Source: Octopus bimaculoides
Taxonomy: Eukaryota
Assembly (NCBI RefSeq): GCF_001194135.2
Contig: NC_069000.1
Location: forward strand, 41,680,758 to 41,744,757
Length of the DNA: 64,000 nucleotides
Direction of reading: 5' to 3'
Made by a program: the position numbers and the translations under genes. The notes beneath the pieces were generated by a model. That model did not search any database. It was not told the origin of the DNA and was given only the letters and a program-made list of their open reading frames with translations. Positions 1-13,212 of the stretch are shown one piece after another. How positions within the stretch are numbered: position 1 is the first letter of the stretch; every line of letters begins with the position of its first letter.

Positions 1-191
1 AGTCCTGCAGTCAATTTCTTCGACTAAAGCCCTTTAAGGTAGTGCCCCAGTATGGCTGCAGTAAAAAGACTGAAACAAGTAAAAGAATATGGTTTGTATG
101 TGTGTGTATATTCATGTGTGTGCGTGTGTATATATGTTTTCATATCTGTCTGTTCTAGCTATCTATCTATCTATCTATCTATATCTATATA

Positions 192-388
192 TGAGGGTGA
201 GTCAAAAAGTAATGCCATTTTGTTTAGGACTGGTATAAATTACCAACACAGGAACAGGTATCATGCATCAAAATGAAGCTGGTCCTCTGTGGATCACATC
301 CCTACTTCTCAACATAGTCTCAATAGCAATGTTCCACCTTCGAATGAGAGCATGTATCCCTGCCCCGTAAAATTCTGTTGACTGTTCT
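192..388 (-). mobile_element. Mariner 3' end relic (TIR plus transposase C-terminus)
   Basis: TA followed by TGAGGGTGAGTCAAAAAGTAATG (TIR-like). Minus strand reads EQSTEFYGAGIHALIRRWNIAIE../DYVEK*. Confidence 0.75.
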
Positions 389-888
389 TTATTTATTTAT
401 TTATTTATTTACATATATATGAAAGAAAATAGAGATTGGGAAGTTAATTATTATTTATTATTAACAGCAAATTAATCATCATCCCAATATACACACACAC
501 ACACAAGTTTATAAAGCAAGATAGAACAAACAGGCTTTAATCACAAATCACAATTATTTCTGTTCAATGATAACAGTTGTTAATTGCTGAGTTTTCCATT
601 CCATGTTATATAAATAAATATTATATACATAAATATGATCCAGTGTCCAGCTTAATGCCAAAAGGGTTAATTTTCTGACTAAGTTGTAGAAAAATATTGA
701 AAACAGAACCAAAAATTGTTGAAAATGTTATCAACCTGCTCTCTTTTCTTTCTTTATATTTACAGGGATTCTTGTTTCTTTTATGTCCACTGTCAACTAC
801 ATAACTTGTGTTCCTGTAAAGAAACACCAAAATTGATAAGAACCTCTGAACCATCAATTGAGAAACTGTCTCTAGTTCTATCGGAAGA

Positions 889-1797
889 ATGTTATACAAA
901 AATGAATTCCAGTTTAATTCCCTCCATTTGTTATTTAATTTGAATGAGAACATTCTCCGTATTTTCCTATGGAGTCTCAACCAACTTCTTGGACTTTTTG
1001 TCTTGACCACTCCAGAAATGGACAGTATATTTACCATCCTTTTAAACATGACTCTTGTCTTGCCCTGTTTAGTTCTCCTTTTTGTTACTTTACCATTGGG
1101 TATTGTTGGATTTTTCATACGATGTGCCTTGCACCAATTCAGGAAACCCTATGTGTATAGCTACCAAAAACCAATGTTTCTAGACATCAGCAGGGTACCC
1201 TGTAAAGTGGCTATCGCCACGTCCAATGTCTGCCTCCTGCCAGAGTTTCTTTCTCGCTACAATAATTTGCTAGACGGTGATCGAAGGGCGCGGTTAATTG
1301 GCGAGAGGATAGTTGACGATGAATGTCTGAACCTCAAAAGAAGTAACGACGTTAGTGAAGGCAACAACACTAGAGCTAACTGTGATAATCACGCATTACA
1401 TTCTTCATGCAATGGTCCAGAAACTGCTTCACACAATAATCTGAATTCTAACTTTTCTTCTTATCACAAAGACAGTAACCATATCCACATGAGAAACGTG
1501 AATGATTCAAAAGCTTTCAACAGAGAGATCCTGGCACATTTTCCCCAACTTGATTTTGTCTGTTTCCAAGAAACATGGAACCGAGACTTGGCCAAAAAAC
1601 TCCTACATAAAATCCATCCTGTTTTTCCATACATAATTTACGATGTAGGTGTGATGAACATGTCCAGCAACAGGTTCCTAATCAACAGCGGACTGATGGT
1701 TGCCAGCAAATACCCTGTCGAAGATGTTGAATTCAAGTGGTTTAAGCAGTCGACTTTGGCCTGCCGCTTCAGTGGCAAAGGTTTACTTATGGTCAAG
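889..1797 (+). CDS. SMPD3: Neutral sphingomyelinase 2-like, coding exon 1 (hydrophobic N-terminal segments and start of catalytic domain)
   Basis: ORF motifs LPLGIVGFF..RKPYVYS, ATSNVCLLPE, LDFVCFQE, YIIYDVG and NSGLMVASKYP match human nSMase2 (LPFAFLGF..RRPYIYS, ATANVCLLPD, LDFLCLQE, YILYDVG, NSGLLFASRYP). Donor AAG/GTAAGC at 1798, phase 0. Probable acceptor TTTACAG ends at 765. Confidence 0.93.
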
Positions 1798-2808
1798 GTA
1801 AGCTACTGTCCTCAGCTCATTTTTGTTAGTATTTTATTTTAAGATGATTGGGTTCCAAAGTGGCCTCATAATTAAGTTTGTTGAGCTGTGATGGATACAT
1901 CCTCTTCATTATAAGCTTATGTTGTTATTTAAACTCAAGTCAGCTCTGATCAGACAGACCCATGATTAACTTGTGAATGTTCAAATTATTCTGACAAATG
2001 CAATACTTATATATTCACTTTGTTTTGAATGAAGTATGCATTGTCTTATCCTCATCATCATCATCATCATTTAATGTTCGTTCCCATGCTGGCATGAATT
2101 GGACAGCATTTGCCATCTTACAAGTGATTTTGTTGGTTTCCAAACTTCAGTGGAAAACATATCTGGCCATGGGGAATATTACTTCATTTGGAAAACAGGT
2201 GAGGGTTGGCGACTGGTAGATCATCCAGCCAGAGAAATCTGCCTCAACTAATTCTCTCTGACTCATGCAAGCATGGAAAAATGGATGGTAAATGATGATG
2301 ACATCTATCTGTCTGTCCGTCCATTCATCCATGTATCTATCTATTCATCCATCCATCCATCTAGCTGGGTACATACATACCTAGATAGATGAATAGATAG
2401 ACAGACAAGCAGGCAGGCAGATAAACAGATGGATGGATGGATGGATAGATAGATAGATAGATGAATGGAGAAGTAGATAGATAGATGAATGGAGAGGTAG
2501 ATAGATAGATAGATAGATAGATGGATGGAGAGATAGATTGATTGCTTCTGACTGTGTACCTACCAATCTATCTACTTGTCTAGCTGTTTATCTATCCGTC
2601 CACCCGTCTACACATACATTCAGTTCGATTCTTTCTCTACAGCTTTTGTTCATCATTTTCGAAATTTAAATCCAATTTACCTCATTTCACAAACATGATG
2701 ACAATGGAGTACAACAGAGAGGAAATAAAACCCAACAAATTCGATTGCCAACTCCATGTGTGTGTAATCTTGTATGCCTAATATTATTAACCATATTTTC
2801 TATTTCAG

Positions 2809-2884
2809 ATAGTTCTTGGAGAAGAGAAGACTGGTAAAAGGGCGGTTGGCTATGTTTATAACACACATCTACAGGCTTATGAAG
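2809..2884 (+). CDS. SMPD3: nSMase2-like coding exon 2 (IVLGEEKTGKRAVGYVYNTHLQAYE)
   Basis: Acceptor TATTTCAG, donor GTTAGT, 76 nt, phase 0 to 1. Contains the GY..THL motif (human IVGYIACTHL). Confidence 0.92.
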
Positions 2885-3152
2885 GTTAGTTGTAATGGTG
2901 ACACTTGTTGGTTCTAGCCCCAGGTCAGCTCTCATCTTGTAGCAGTATGATCAGACATGTCCCTCCATAAACGTGCTGTCTTGGTTATTCTTTTCAATTA
3001 TGTATATATGTCCTATGCTTGTTTCTGTCATTAGTCTGTGACCATGCTGGGGCACTGCCTCAAAGAGTTTTAGTTGAATGAAATCAATCCCGGTACTTCG
3101 TTTTGGGATTTGGTTTGCAAGATTCTTTATGTGAGTTCGTGTGTTGAAGCAT

Positions 3153-3363
3153 ATTCTGTTGTGTCTGGGGAGAGTCATTTTCTTTTTGTGCCGTATAATT
3201 TAACACACTCACCGGTAAAGACAGTCAAGACTATTGAAAAGGTTGCAAGATGCAACGAAAGTTTTAGGAAAATAAAAATAAGGAATAAGTGGAACTTTTA
3301 CTGGTGAGTGTGTTAAATTATAAGGCACAAAAAGAAAATGACTCTCCCCAGACACAACAGAAT
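3153..3363. repeat. Inverted repeat, 67-bp arms with 77-bp spacer (MITE-like)
   Basis: 3153-3219 is the reverse complement of 3297-3363 with 2 mismatches. Confidence 0.85.
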
Positions 3364-4766
3364 CCGGGTACTTTTTTATTTTTTTAAACATACCTAGTCA
3401 TGGGGAAATATTACCTCGTTCCAGAAACAGGTGAGGACTGACAAATAGGAAGCAACCATCAAAGATCTACAAATGAACAAATTTTGTCTGACACATGCAA
3501 GCATGGAAAAATGGATGTTAAACTGATGACGATAAGAACATGTTCTCACTCTCTTCGTTTTTGCCTTTATTTTGAAGAGGAATTTGGGGGAAAAAAAAGT
3601 CAATAAGGAGATATATTTACTGGCACTTGTTTTAATTAACTTTCATGGTTTTAATCAATTTTGGAGAGAAAGCAAATGAATACGTGCTTGTGTGTGTGTG
3701 TGTGTGTGTGTTATCAAGAGAGAGAGAGAAGAGTTATAATGTTTACTTTAGCAGTATTAGTTAGACTCTTTACCGACTGCAAGTTGTGGAACCACTTCCT
3801 AAACCTTTTTGATTAGAACAGAATTTATAATCAGAATTCTGAAACTCGTTATTTTTTTTCTTATTGTTATATATTTTATTTTATTTATAATTTTTTTTAC
3901 TGTCTGGGTGGGAGGGGTAATGAGGTTGGCATCGATCTAATTATGGTCAGCTTAATTTAACTGACGGTTTTGCAATATTTATTTGGTTGGTTGTTGAAAA
4001 TTTAAGTACCGTGGTGCAAAACTGAGAACTATGGGTGCACAAACCCCCGTTTTGTTTCCACACTGATAACGATTGTGTGGGTTCATGTATGTATGCTGGT
4101 ATTTCGATTATTTCTACTTTTTATTTATTTTTTATTAGAAAAGATTTCTTTTTGCTTTTTGGTTGGTAGCATGACTTGTATTCATCATCATCATCATCAT
4201 TGTGTTAAAATCCGCTCTCCGTGCTTGCTTACTTGAGGTCAAATGGAGTTTGTTGGGGCAGATTTTTGCAGCTGGATGCCTTTCCTGTTACCAACTCTCA
4301 CCTGTTTCCAAATCAGGTAACATTTCCCTCCCCCAAGGCCAGACATGTTTGTTTTTTTTTGTTTTTTTTCTTTCATGGAAATCAGGAAGCAAGCAACATT
4401 GCTTGTATAACCCTGCCACATCAAAAGCACCCTGCACACACCATAAAGTGGTTGGCATTAGAAAGGGCCACCAGGTGAGGAAACCAAACCAAATCAGACT
4501 GGAACTCTGTGCAGCTCTCCAGCTTGCTAGCTCATGTCAAACTGCCCAACCCATGACAGCATGGAAAATGGACGTTAAATGATGATGATGATGATGATGG
4601 GATGAGTATTTACAACTATTACATGATGTCTAAGCTAGGTACAGACACACACACACACACACACTCACACACATGTACAACAGGCTTCTTTCAGTTTCCA
4701 TCTACCTATAGTAGAAAGGATTATTATTATTATTGTTATTATACCTTATTTTATTATCACTCCTAG

Positions 4767-4907
4767 GTGAAGAGAAAATTTTAGACAAACAACTCAACGA
4801 TATTGTGGACTGGACCACTGATTTTAAGAAGAGCACCCATCGAGAAAATGATGACGTCAAATTTGACTTTCTTTGTGGAGATTTCAACTTCGACAATTTA
4901 TCACCAG
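4767..4907 (+). CDS. SMPD3: nSMase2-like coding exon 3 (GEEKILDKQL...DFLCGDFNFDNLSP)
   Basis: Acceptor TCCTAG, donor GTGAGT, 141 nt, phase 1 to 1. Contains the catalytic CGDFNFDN motif. Confidence 0.93.
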
Positions 4908-6209
4908 GTGAGTTTTCTTTGTTATTGTTGTATATTATCATTGTGAGTGTTGTTACTGTGGTTAGCCCAAGGTTGTTGTAGAAAACACTTGCTGCACAGT
5001 AGGGCAACCCGAAACAACGTGGTTAAAACGAGGTCCTTAACTACACAGCTATGTCTGTGCCTACGTCGATAATGTTGTTCTTATGGAAATGTTATTGTTG
5101 ATAATGTTGCTGTTGTTGTTATTGTTATTATTACACTGGTTGCGAGGGTGGTGAGCTGGCAGAATCTTTAGCACATCAGGCAAAATGCTTAACGGCATTT
5201 GGCTTGTCCTTATGTTCTGAGTTCAAATTCCACTGAGGTCGACTTTACCTTTCATCCTTTCGGGATCGATAAATTAAGTACCAGTGAAACACTGGGGTCA
5301 ATAAATTAAGTACCAGTGAAACACTGGGTTCGATGAAATCGTCCAGCCCCCTCCCCCTAAAATTTTATGCCTTGTACTTTTAGGAGAAAGGATTGTTACA
5401 CTAGTTGTTGTAGATGTTGTTAAAATTATGGATGTTGTTGACAATGTTGCTATTGTCATTGCTGCAGACGTTGCCATTTTATTACCACAGATGCTGTAAG
5501 TGTCATCAAAGTTGTTACTGTAGGTGTTGTTAATCTTATTGTCACGGTTACCATGGATACTGTTGTCATGTGTAGTCTAGACTGACAAAATTGTTAGAGC
5601 TTTATAAAAAATGCCTTGCAGTATTTCTTTGGGCTTTCTATATTCTGAGTTAAAACCCACCTCCAAAATCAACTTCCTTTGGAGGACCGATGCTGGTGTG
5701 TTTACATCCCCGTAACTTAGCAGTTCGGCAAAAGAAACCAATAGAATAAGTACTAGGCTTACAAAAAATAAGTCCCAGAGTCGATTTGCTCGACTCAAGG
5801 CGGTGCTCCAGCATGGCCACAGTCAAATGATTGAAACGAGTAAAAGAATAAAAGAATAAAAGAAAAACTAGACACAGACTTTGGAGTGGTGAATTGGTAG
5901 AATCGTTGGAGCATTGGAAAAAAACACTTTGTGATATTTATTCTGGCTCCTTACATACTGAGTTCAAATCCTGCCAAGGTCAATAATTGCTTTTCTTCCT
6001 TACAGGGTTCAATAAAGTTAAGTACCAGTGAAGTACTGGCCTTAATGGTATTGACTTACCCTACTCCCCTCAAAATTGCTGGATTTGTGCCTAAAATTAA
6101 AAACCACCACCATCATCATCATCATCATCATTGGGTTACCTTTACTATCGCCCCTCTAGAGTAGATAAAATAAGTGTGTGTGAATGCATATTTTCTAGGT
6201 CATCAGTAT

Positions 6210-7300
6210 TATCTTGTGTAGTAGTAGTAGTAGCAGCAGCGGCAGTAGTAGTAATCTTAGCAGCAGTAGTGGTGGAAGTAGTAGTAGTAGTAGTAGTAGC
6301 AGCAGCGGCAGTAGTAGTAATCTTAGCAGCAGTAGTGATAGTAGTAGTTTAGTAGTAGTAGTAGTATAAGCAGCAGCAGTAGTAGTAGTAGTAGTAATCT
6401 TAGCAGCAATAGTAGTAGTAATCTTAGCAGCAGTAGTGGTGGTAGTAGTAGTCTTGGCAGCAGCAGCAGTAGTAGTAGTAGTAGTAGTAATCTTAGCAAT
6501 AGTAGTGGTGGTAGTAGTAATCTTAGCAGCAGTAGTGGTGGTAGTAGTAGTCTTGGCAGCAGCAGCAGTAGTAGTAGTAGTAGTAATCTTAGCAANNNNN
6601 NNNNNNNNNNNNNNNNNNNNNNNNNNNNNNNNNNNNNNNNNNNNNNNNNNNNNNNNNNNNNNNNNNNNNNNNNNNNNNNNNNNNNNNNNNNNNNNNNNNN
6701 NNNNNNNNNNNNNNNNNNNNNNNNNNNNNNNNNNNNNNNNNNNNNNNNNNNNNNNNNNNNNNNNNNNNNNNNNNNNNNNNNNNNNNNNNNNNNNNNNNNN
6801 NNNNNNNNNNNNNNNNNNNNNNNNNNNNNNNNNNNNNNNNNNNNNNNNNNNNNNNNNNNNNNNNNNNNNNNNNNNNNNNNNNNNNNNNNNNNNNNNNNNN
6901 NNNNNNNNNNNNNNNNNNNNNNNNNNNNNNNNNNNNNNNNNNNNNNNNNNNNNNNNNNNNNNNNNNNNNNNNNNNNNNNNNNNNNNNNNNNNNNNNNNNN
7001 NNNNNNNNNNNNNNNNNNNNNNNNNNNNNNNNNNNNNNNNNNNNNNNNNNNNNNNNNNNNNNNNNNNNNNNNNNNNNNNNNNNNNNNNNNNNNNNNNNNN
7101 NGTAGTAGTAGTAGTAGTAATCTTAGCAACAGTAGTGGTGGTAGTAGTAATCTTAGCAGCAGTAGTGGTGGTAGTAGTAGTCTTGGCAGCAGCAGCAGTA
7201 GTAGTAGTAGTAGTAATCTTAGCAACAGTAGTGGTGGTAGTAGTAATCTTAGCAGCAGTAGTGGTGGTAGTAGTAGTCTTGGCAGCAGCAATAGTAGAAC
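6210..7300. repeat. Compound (GTA/GCA)-based higher-order minisatellite spanning an N gap
   Basis: Recurrent unit GTAGTAGTAATCTTAGCAGCAGTAGTGGTG in SMPD3 intron 3. Confidence 0.9.
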
Positions 7301-7885
7301 GAGTTTTCTCCACCACTGATTGCTGAAAGAGTGAAATATATTTTTCATCCTGACATTATTATGTCAGCCAGTGATGGAAAGCTAAGAGGAGGGGGATAAC
7401 GCAAGGATGGGGGGGGGGNNNNNNNNNNNNNNNNNNNNNNNNNNGTGGCATTCCCCTACTTTTCTGCATGCTGGGATGGGTAGGAGTGGCCTATATAGCT
7501 CCCCTCCTTCACCCCCACCCCCTGCTAACTGTCTCCACTCTTTCCCAACCTCATTCTCACAGACGTTTTTGCGTTCCACTAAATTCCGAAAAAAAAAATC
7601 CCCCCTTTTTCCTTCTTTGATGGCATTATGTACAGGGTGTCCGTAAATTATCTTTACAACCAGCTAGATGTGTGTGTGTGTGTGTGTGCTATTTGCAACC
7701 AATGGAGTCCCCCCTACATGAAAGTCTTCTGATTTTTCTTATAAGACTTGATCTGTTTTTATTCTTTTATTCTTTTACTTGTTTCAGTCATTAAGTACCA
7801 GTTACGCACTGGGGGTCGATGTCATCGACTTGATCCCTTTGTCTGTCCTTGTTTGCCCCCTCTATGTTTAGCCNNNNNNNNNNAG

Positions 7886-7975
7886 GTGAAGCCCACCTTC
7901 AGAATCACCCCATTTACAACATTTACGAAGATCCTGGTCGTGTACGTGATGGTGTCGACTGTCCCTGGGTTGTTG
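7886..7975 (+). CDS. SMPD3: nSMase2-like coding exon 4 (GEAHLQNHPIYNIYEDPGRVRDGVDCPWVV)
   Basis: AG immediately after a 10-N gap, donor GTAAGG, 90 nt, phase 1 to 1. Aligns with human QQHSLFTHYRDPCRLGPGEEKPWAIG. Confidence 0.85.
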
Positions 7976-9122
7976 GTAAGGAAACCTAACTTTATACTCT
8001 GATATTATTTCATGCAAATCTTACTGTGCTTGTGGCTCTGTGGTCAAGGTATTCAGCTCACGGTGACCAGGTTGTGAGTTCGATTCCTGGTGTTGCATTG
8101 CATCCTTGAGCAAGGCATTTCATTTCATAATGCTCCTGTCAACTCAGCTGGCAAAAATGAGTTGTACCTGTAAATCAGAGGGTCAGCCTTGTCACAGTCT
8201 GTGTTACACTAAATCTACCTGAGAACTACATTAAGCGCACATGTCTATGGAGTACTCAGCCACTTTACGAGCAGGCCGTTCCATTGATCGGAGCGACAGT
8301 TAAATGCATATATTCTTTTTACTAGTTTCCGTCATTTGACTGCGGCCATGCTGGAGCACTGCCTTGAGGGATTTTAGTCAAAGAAATCAACCACAAGACT
8401 TATTCTATGTAAGCTGGTACTTATTTCCATCAGTCTCTTTTGCTGAAATGCTAAGTTAGAGGGATGTAAACACACCAGCATTGGTCGTGAAACAATATCA
8501 TCATTATTTAATGTCCGCTTTCCATGCTGGCATGGGTTGGACAGTTTGACTGAAAACTGGTAAGCTGTGGAGCTGCACAAGGTTCCAATCTGTGTGTATA
8601 TCATCATCATCATCATCATCGTTTAACATCCGCTTTCCATGCTAGCATGGGGTGGGCCAGGTGGCTACTCCAGGCTCCAATCTGGATGCCCTTCCTAATG
8701 CCAACCACTCCGAGAGTGTAGTGGGTGCTTTTACGTGCCACCGGCACAAAGGCCAGTCAGGCAGTACTGGCAATGGCCACGCTCGAAATGGTGTATTTTA
8801 CGTGCCACCTGCACAGGAGCCAGTCCAGCGGTACTGGCGAGAGGAGGGGAGGAGAAGGGGAAGAGGATGGGGTAGGAGGGGAGAAGAAGGAGAGGATGGA
8901 AAGAAGAGGAGGAGGATGTCTGTGTTTTCATTCATGCCAAAATGTAACTTAGTGATGTGATAAATAGATATCAATAAAATGACTACCAGACAATAAAATT
9001 ACTTGAGGTCAGTATACATATATTTTAGTAACCCCTGTAAAATGCAACTAAGTACAAATGTCTCTGGTCAGTATAGATTTGAGTGTTATTTTTTTTTTTT
9101 GTTTCCTTGTGATCTTTTTTAG

Positions 9123-9370
9123 GTACAGAATTACGTCCACTTCTGTTGTGGGACAAAGCCATATCTACACCAGAAGGTTTGAGAATAGTGCTGCAGGATC
9201 CAGATTTACGCCACCAATTTATCAACGATGCCAATATTCAAAAGAAGACAATATCGGAACTTTGCCACACTCTTCCACAGCTTGATGAAAATGGTAAAAT
9301 GAAATTAAGATGTGAAATTGCTGGCAAAAGAAGAATTGATCGCATCTTTTACAGAAAAGAAAGCCCTGTT
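9123..9370 (+). CDS. SMPD3: nSMase2-like coding exon 5 (GTELRPLLLWD...GKRRIDRIFYRKESPV)
   Basis: Acceptor TTTTTTAG, donor GTACGT at 9371, 248 nt, phase 1 to 0. Contains RRID (human GRRIDY). Confidence 0.9.
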
Positions 9371-10691
9371 GTACGTATGGAAATGAAGAATAATTTATTA
9401 CTGTTTTTGAAGTTTGTTTCCTGACTAAATGGTTCTGGGTTCAGTCCCACTGCATGTCACCCTGGGCAAATATCTTCTACTGCAGCCTCAGGCCAATCAA
9501 CACTACGTGAGTGGTTTTGACAGAGGGAAACTGAAAGAAGCCTATTGTGTGTGTCTATGCAGTTGTGTGAGTTGGTGTGAGTTGACATCATGTGAGAGTT
9601 GTGAGTGTCACCATCATGCAAGTGAAGTCCTTCATTTCCCTTCTCCCATGGAAATATTTCTGTCCATGAGGAAGTTTCACCTTACTCAGAAACAGATGAG
9701 GTTTGCTGGCAGGAAGGGCCTCTGGCCATAGGAAACCCCTTTCAACAAATATCCATCCAACCCATGCAGGCATAGAATAGTGGACATAAAAACAATCATA
9801 ATCATCATCATCACCATTTAATGGCATACAAGGCATACTCAGGTCCTACATATGAAGTTGAGCCACACATCAGGGTTATCCTAGCAGCATTAGAGTCCCC
9901 CACCCAGGAAGTTAGTGCACTAGACCCTATAATATTTATTTATTGACAGAGAACTACAAAATACATAGATTGTAAGTGGGCCCCGGGACCTTTGAGGCCT
10001 CTAGGCAAATAAATGCATTGGACCCTATATATTTATTTATTGACAGCAAGCCACAGTATACAAAGATCAGAATTAGGCCCTTAGACCTGTGAGGCCCCTG
10101 GGCAAGTGCCTAGTGTTCCCATGCATTAAAATGGCCCTACATTCCATAAGCTTTACTCTGCTAAGATTTTGTTTCCTGAATAGGAATTGTTGAAATTGGG
10201 GTTCGTCTAATATGCCCGTACGTCTTTTATGCCATCAAATACTGTATTGGTGTTTAATGTTTTGCAATCAAAGTGGCCATTCTTTGGAAGCTACCAGCAA
10301 TGTCTTTGAGAAAGGCATGAACTCCACATATTCTTATTCCTTTCTTCAATGAATTCAGTAGTGGTGGTGGTGGTGGCAATGGTGGTAGTAGTGATGGTGG
10401 TGGCAGCAGTGGTAGTGCTGGTGGTGGTGGCAGCAGTGGTTGTGTTGGTGGTGGTGGTGGTGGTGGTATTGACATAGCAGCAGCAGTAGTGTTAGTGGTT
10501 CTGATTGTTAAAGTTCTTTTTTTTTTTTTTCATTTTACCCATAGATCATTAAAAGTCCTTTGAGAAAGGCATGAAGGCTGCATAATCTTGTTCTTTACTG
10601 CTATAGATTTCTAGTACCGAGTTGTATTGTTATTTATGTCTGACAAACAAGCAAAGTTCACTCTGTCTTGCTTCATACTTACACTCTTGAG

Positions 10692-10725
<34 letters not shown>

Positions 10726-10949
10726 GGATCACCTCTGCTGCCATCATCTCCTCCCCTCCTCCTCTGTCTGTTTGTCTGTATCTCTCTCTCTCTCTCTCAA
10801 TTAGCGACCTTTATGTTGACCTATTTAATTATCAACTTAGTTCCATTTGAATCACCCAGGAGAATCATATCATAGTCATTAAACCTGATAGTTTTAGAAA
10901 GATCAGCCAGATCTCCCTCAAATCAAATCATCGTCGTCATTGATGTCAC

Positions 10950-10982
<33 letters not shown>

Positions 10983-11475
10983 TTAACGGCTGTTTTCCGT
11001 GCTGGTATTGGATGGTTTGACAGTAGCTGGCAAGCCTGGGGCCTGTGCCGAGCTCCGCTGTCTGCTTTGGCATGGTCTCTATGGCTGGATGCCCCTTCCT
11101 AATGCCAACCAATCTACAGAATGTATTAGGTGCTTTTTATGTGGCACCAACACTGGTGAGGTCACCAGGTAATTTGCAAGACAAAACACCTCAACTAAGT
11201 GAGGAGTAGTATTGAAGGAGATGGCTCTGTGGTAGGTGATGAGCAGGTAGAGTAATTAAAAAAAAAAAAAAAGAGAGTGAGAGACAGAAAGACATGTTAC
11301 ATAATATAAATAATGTTACCCTAGGTATACCATTTCTGAACAAGAGGCAGTATTGTATCGCAAGAACAACGAGGAAGGACATTAGATAATGTAGTCCTAG
11401 ATATACTTTGTCTGAGCATGGATTACCTTTAATCACATCTGGTTGCTGGATCCAGATCTCTGTGTGTGTTCGTCT

Positions 11476-11691
11476 GCGAGGGGCTGAGAGGCTGCTGAAA
11501 AAGTTCCTGACTTTAAGGGTTTCGCAAAAGGCTTGGTTGGAGGCCCAACCTTCTGAGTTTAGAAAAACTGAAGGACCGCTGTAATAAGTATATGAATTTG
11601 GGAGGGGAATATGTTAAATAGAAGCATAATTAACTGATCCTCCTGTATTTTGTTTTACTCAAAGCCAGGAACTTTTCAGCACTCCCTTGTA
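11476..11691. mobile_element. Mariner-derived MITE
   Basis: Imperfect TIRs GCTGAAAAAGTTCCTGACTTT and AAAGCCAGGAACTTTTCAGC ending ..CCCTTGTA. Confidence 0.65.
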
Positions 11692-12527
11692 TGTTTGTCT
11701 TTATTTTGATACCATTGAAAAAAAAAAAATAGATGATTGCATTTATTTCCCATAATTTAGTAGTGGAACATGTAGAAATTTCTAAGATAAATACCAAACT
11801 CGAAAAAAAAGAAAAGTATGGATGGGATAGTGGATGCTGATGAAGAGTTAGAACCTTTCGGGTGGTGCCCAGCCATAACTGCAGTCCAATGGCTGAAACA
11901 AGGAAAAGACTAAAAAATATGGTAAAAAAAAAATAGGCAGTACATGTGCTGTGCTCTTCCTCACCCCTGTTGCCACCCCGCCACTAGTTGGCCCACTTTG
12001 CTTTGAAAATCTGATGTGTCTCGATATTGGTTAGAATGATGGCAGAGCAATACATAATGCCCCTTCTTCCACTCATCCACCGACCCACCCCAATCTGGAA
12101 ACGAAAAGACTCAGAAGATCAATAAGTTGGTCGGTTTGCTGGTCAGCTATTTTAGTCCACCCCTGTGTTTGTANNNNNNNNNNNNNNNNNNNNNNNNNNN
12201 NNNNNNNNNNNNNNNNNNNNNNNNNNNNNNNNNNNNNNNNNNNNNNNNNNNNNNNNNNNNNNNNNNNNNNNNNNNNNNNNNNNNNNNNNNNNNNNNNNNN
12301 NNNNNNNNNNNNNNNNNNNNNNNNNNNNNNNNNNNNNNNNNNNNNNNNNNNNNNNNNNNNNNNNNNNNNNNNNNNNNNNNNNNNNNAGAGAAAGTGCAAT
12401 GATATATGTGTGTTTGTGTGTGTGTGTGCAGATTTACGAATGAGTGATTTTATATTCTTTTATTCTGTTACTCATTTTAGTCTTTTGACTGCAATCATGT
12501 ATACATATATATATATATACTCTTATA

Positions 12528-12568
<41 letters not shown>

Positions 12569-12719
12569 TGATTGTCCTCATTCTACATCCCAATTCCTCA
12601 CTGGAATAGGCCTGGGCAGTCATTATGGTCCAAGTTAGTTTGTACAGTGAGTAAATTGGCTCTGAAATGTGTCAGCAGACCATGTCATATGTCTTGTGTT
12701 TGTTTTTGATTCATTATGT

Positions 12720-13062
12720 AACTGTCATATCTGTCTATCTATTCATTTATCTATCTATCTATCTGTCTATCTACCTAAATGTCTCTCTATTTATCTATCT
12801 ATCACTCTATATATACCCATCTATCTATCTACATATCAATTTGTCTGTCTATCTATTTCTCTATATACCTAAATGTCTGTCTGTTTATTTATCTATCACT
12901 CTATCTATCTATCATCTATCTATCATTGTATCTATCTATCTATTTATCTATCTATCACTCTATCTATCTATCATTTATTTATCACTGTATCTATCTATCT
13001 ATTTATCTATCTATTTATTTATCTATATATCTATATATCTATCTATCTATCTATTTATCTAT

Positions 13063-13110
<48 letters not shown>

Positions 13111-13177
13111 TCATCCACCCATCCATCCATCCATTTATCGATCGATCTTTCTATCTATCTATTTATCGATCGATCTC

Positions 13178-13212
<35 letters not shown>

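Noticed and set aside
621-1118. 165-aa minus-strand ORF
   Set aside because: Antisense shadow of SMPD3 exon 1, with no recognizable motif.
6195-7348. Long Thr/Ala-rich, Leu-rich or Val-rich ORFs resembling a mucin or antifreeze glycoprotein
   Set aside because: Intronic trinucleotide-derived minisatellite, open in several frames, about half N, with no signal peptide or splice support.
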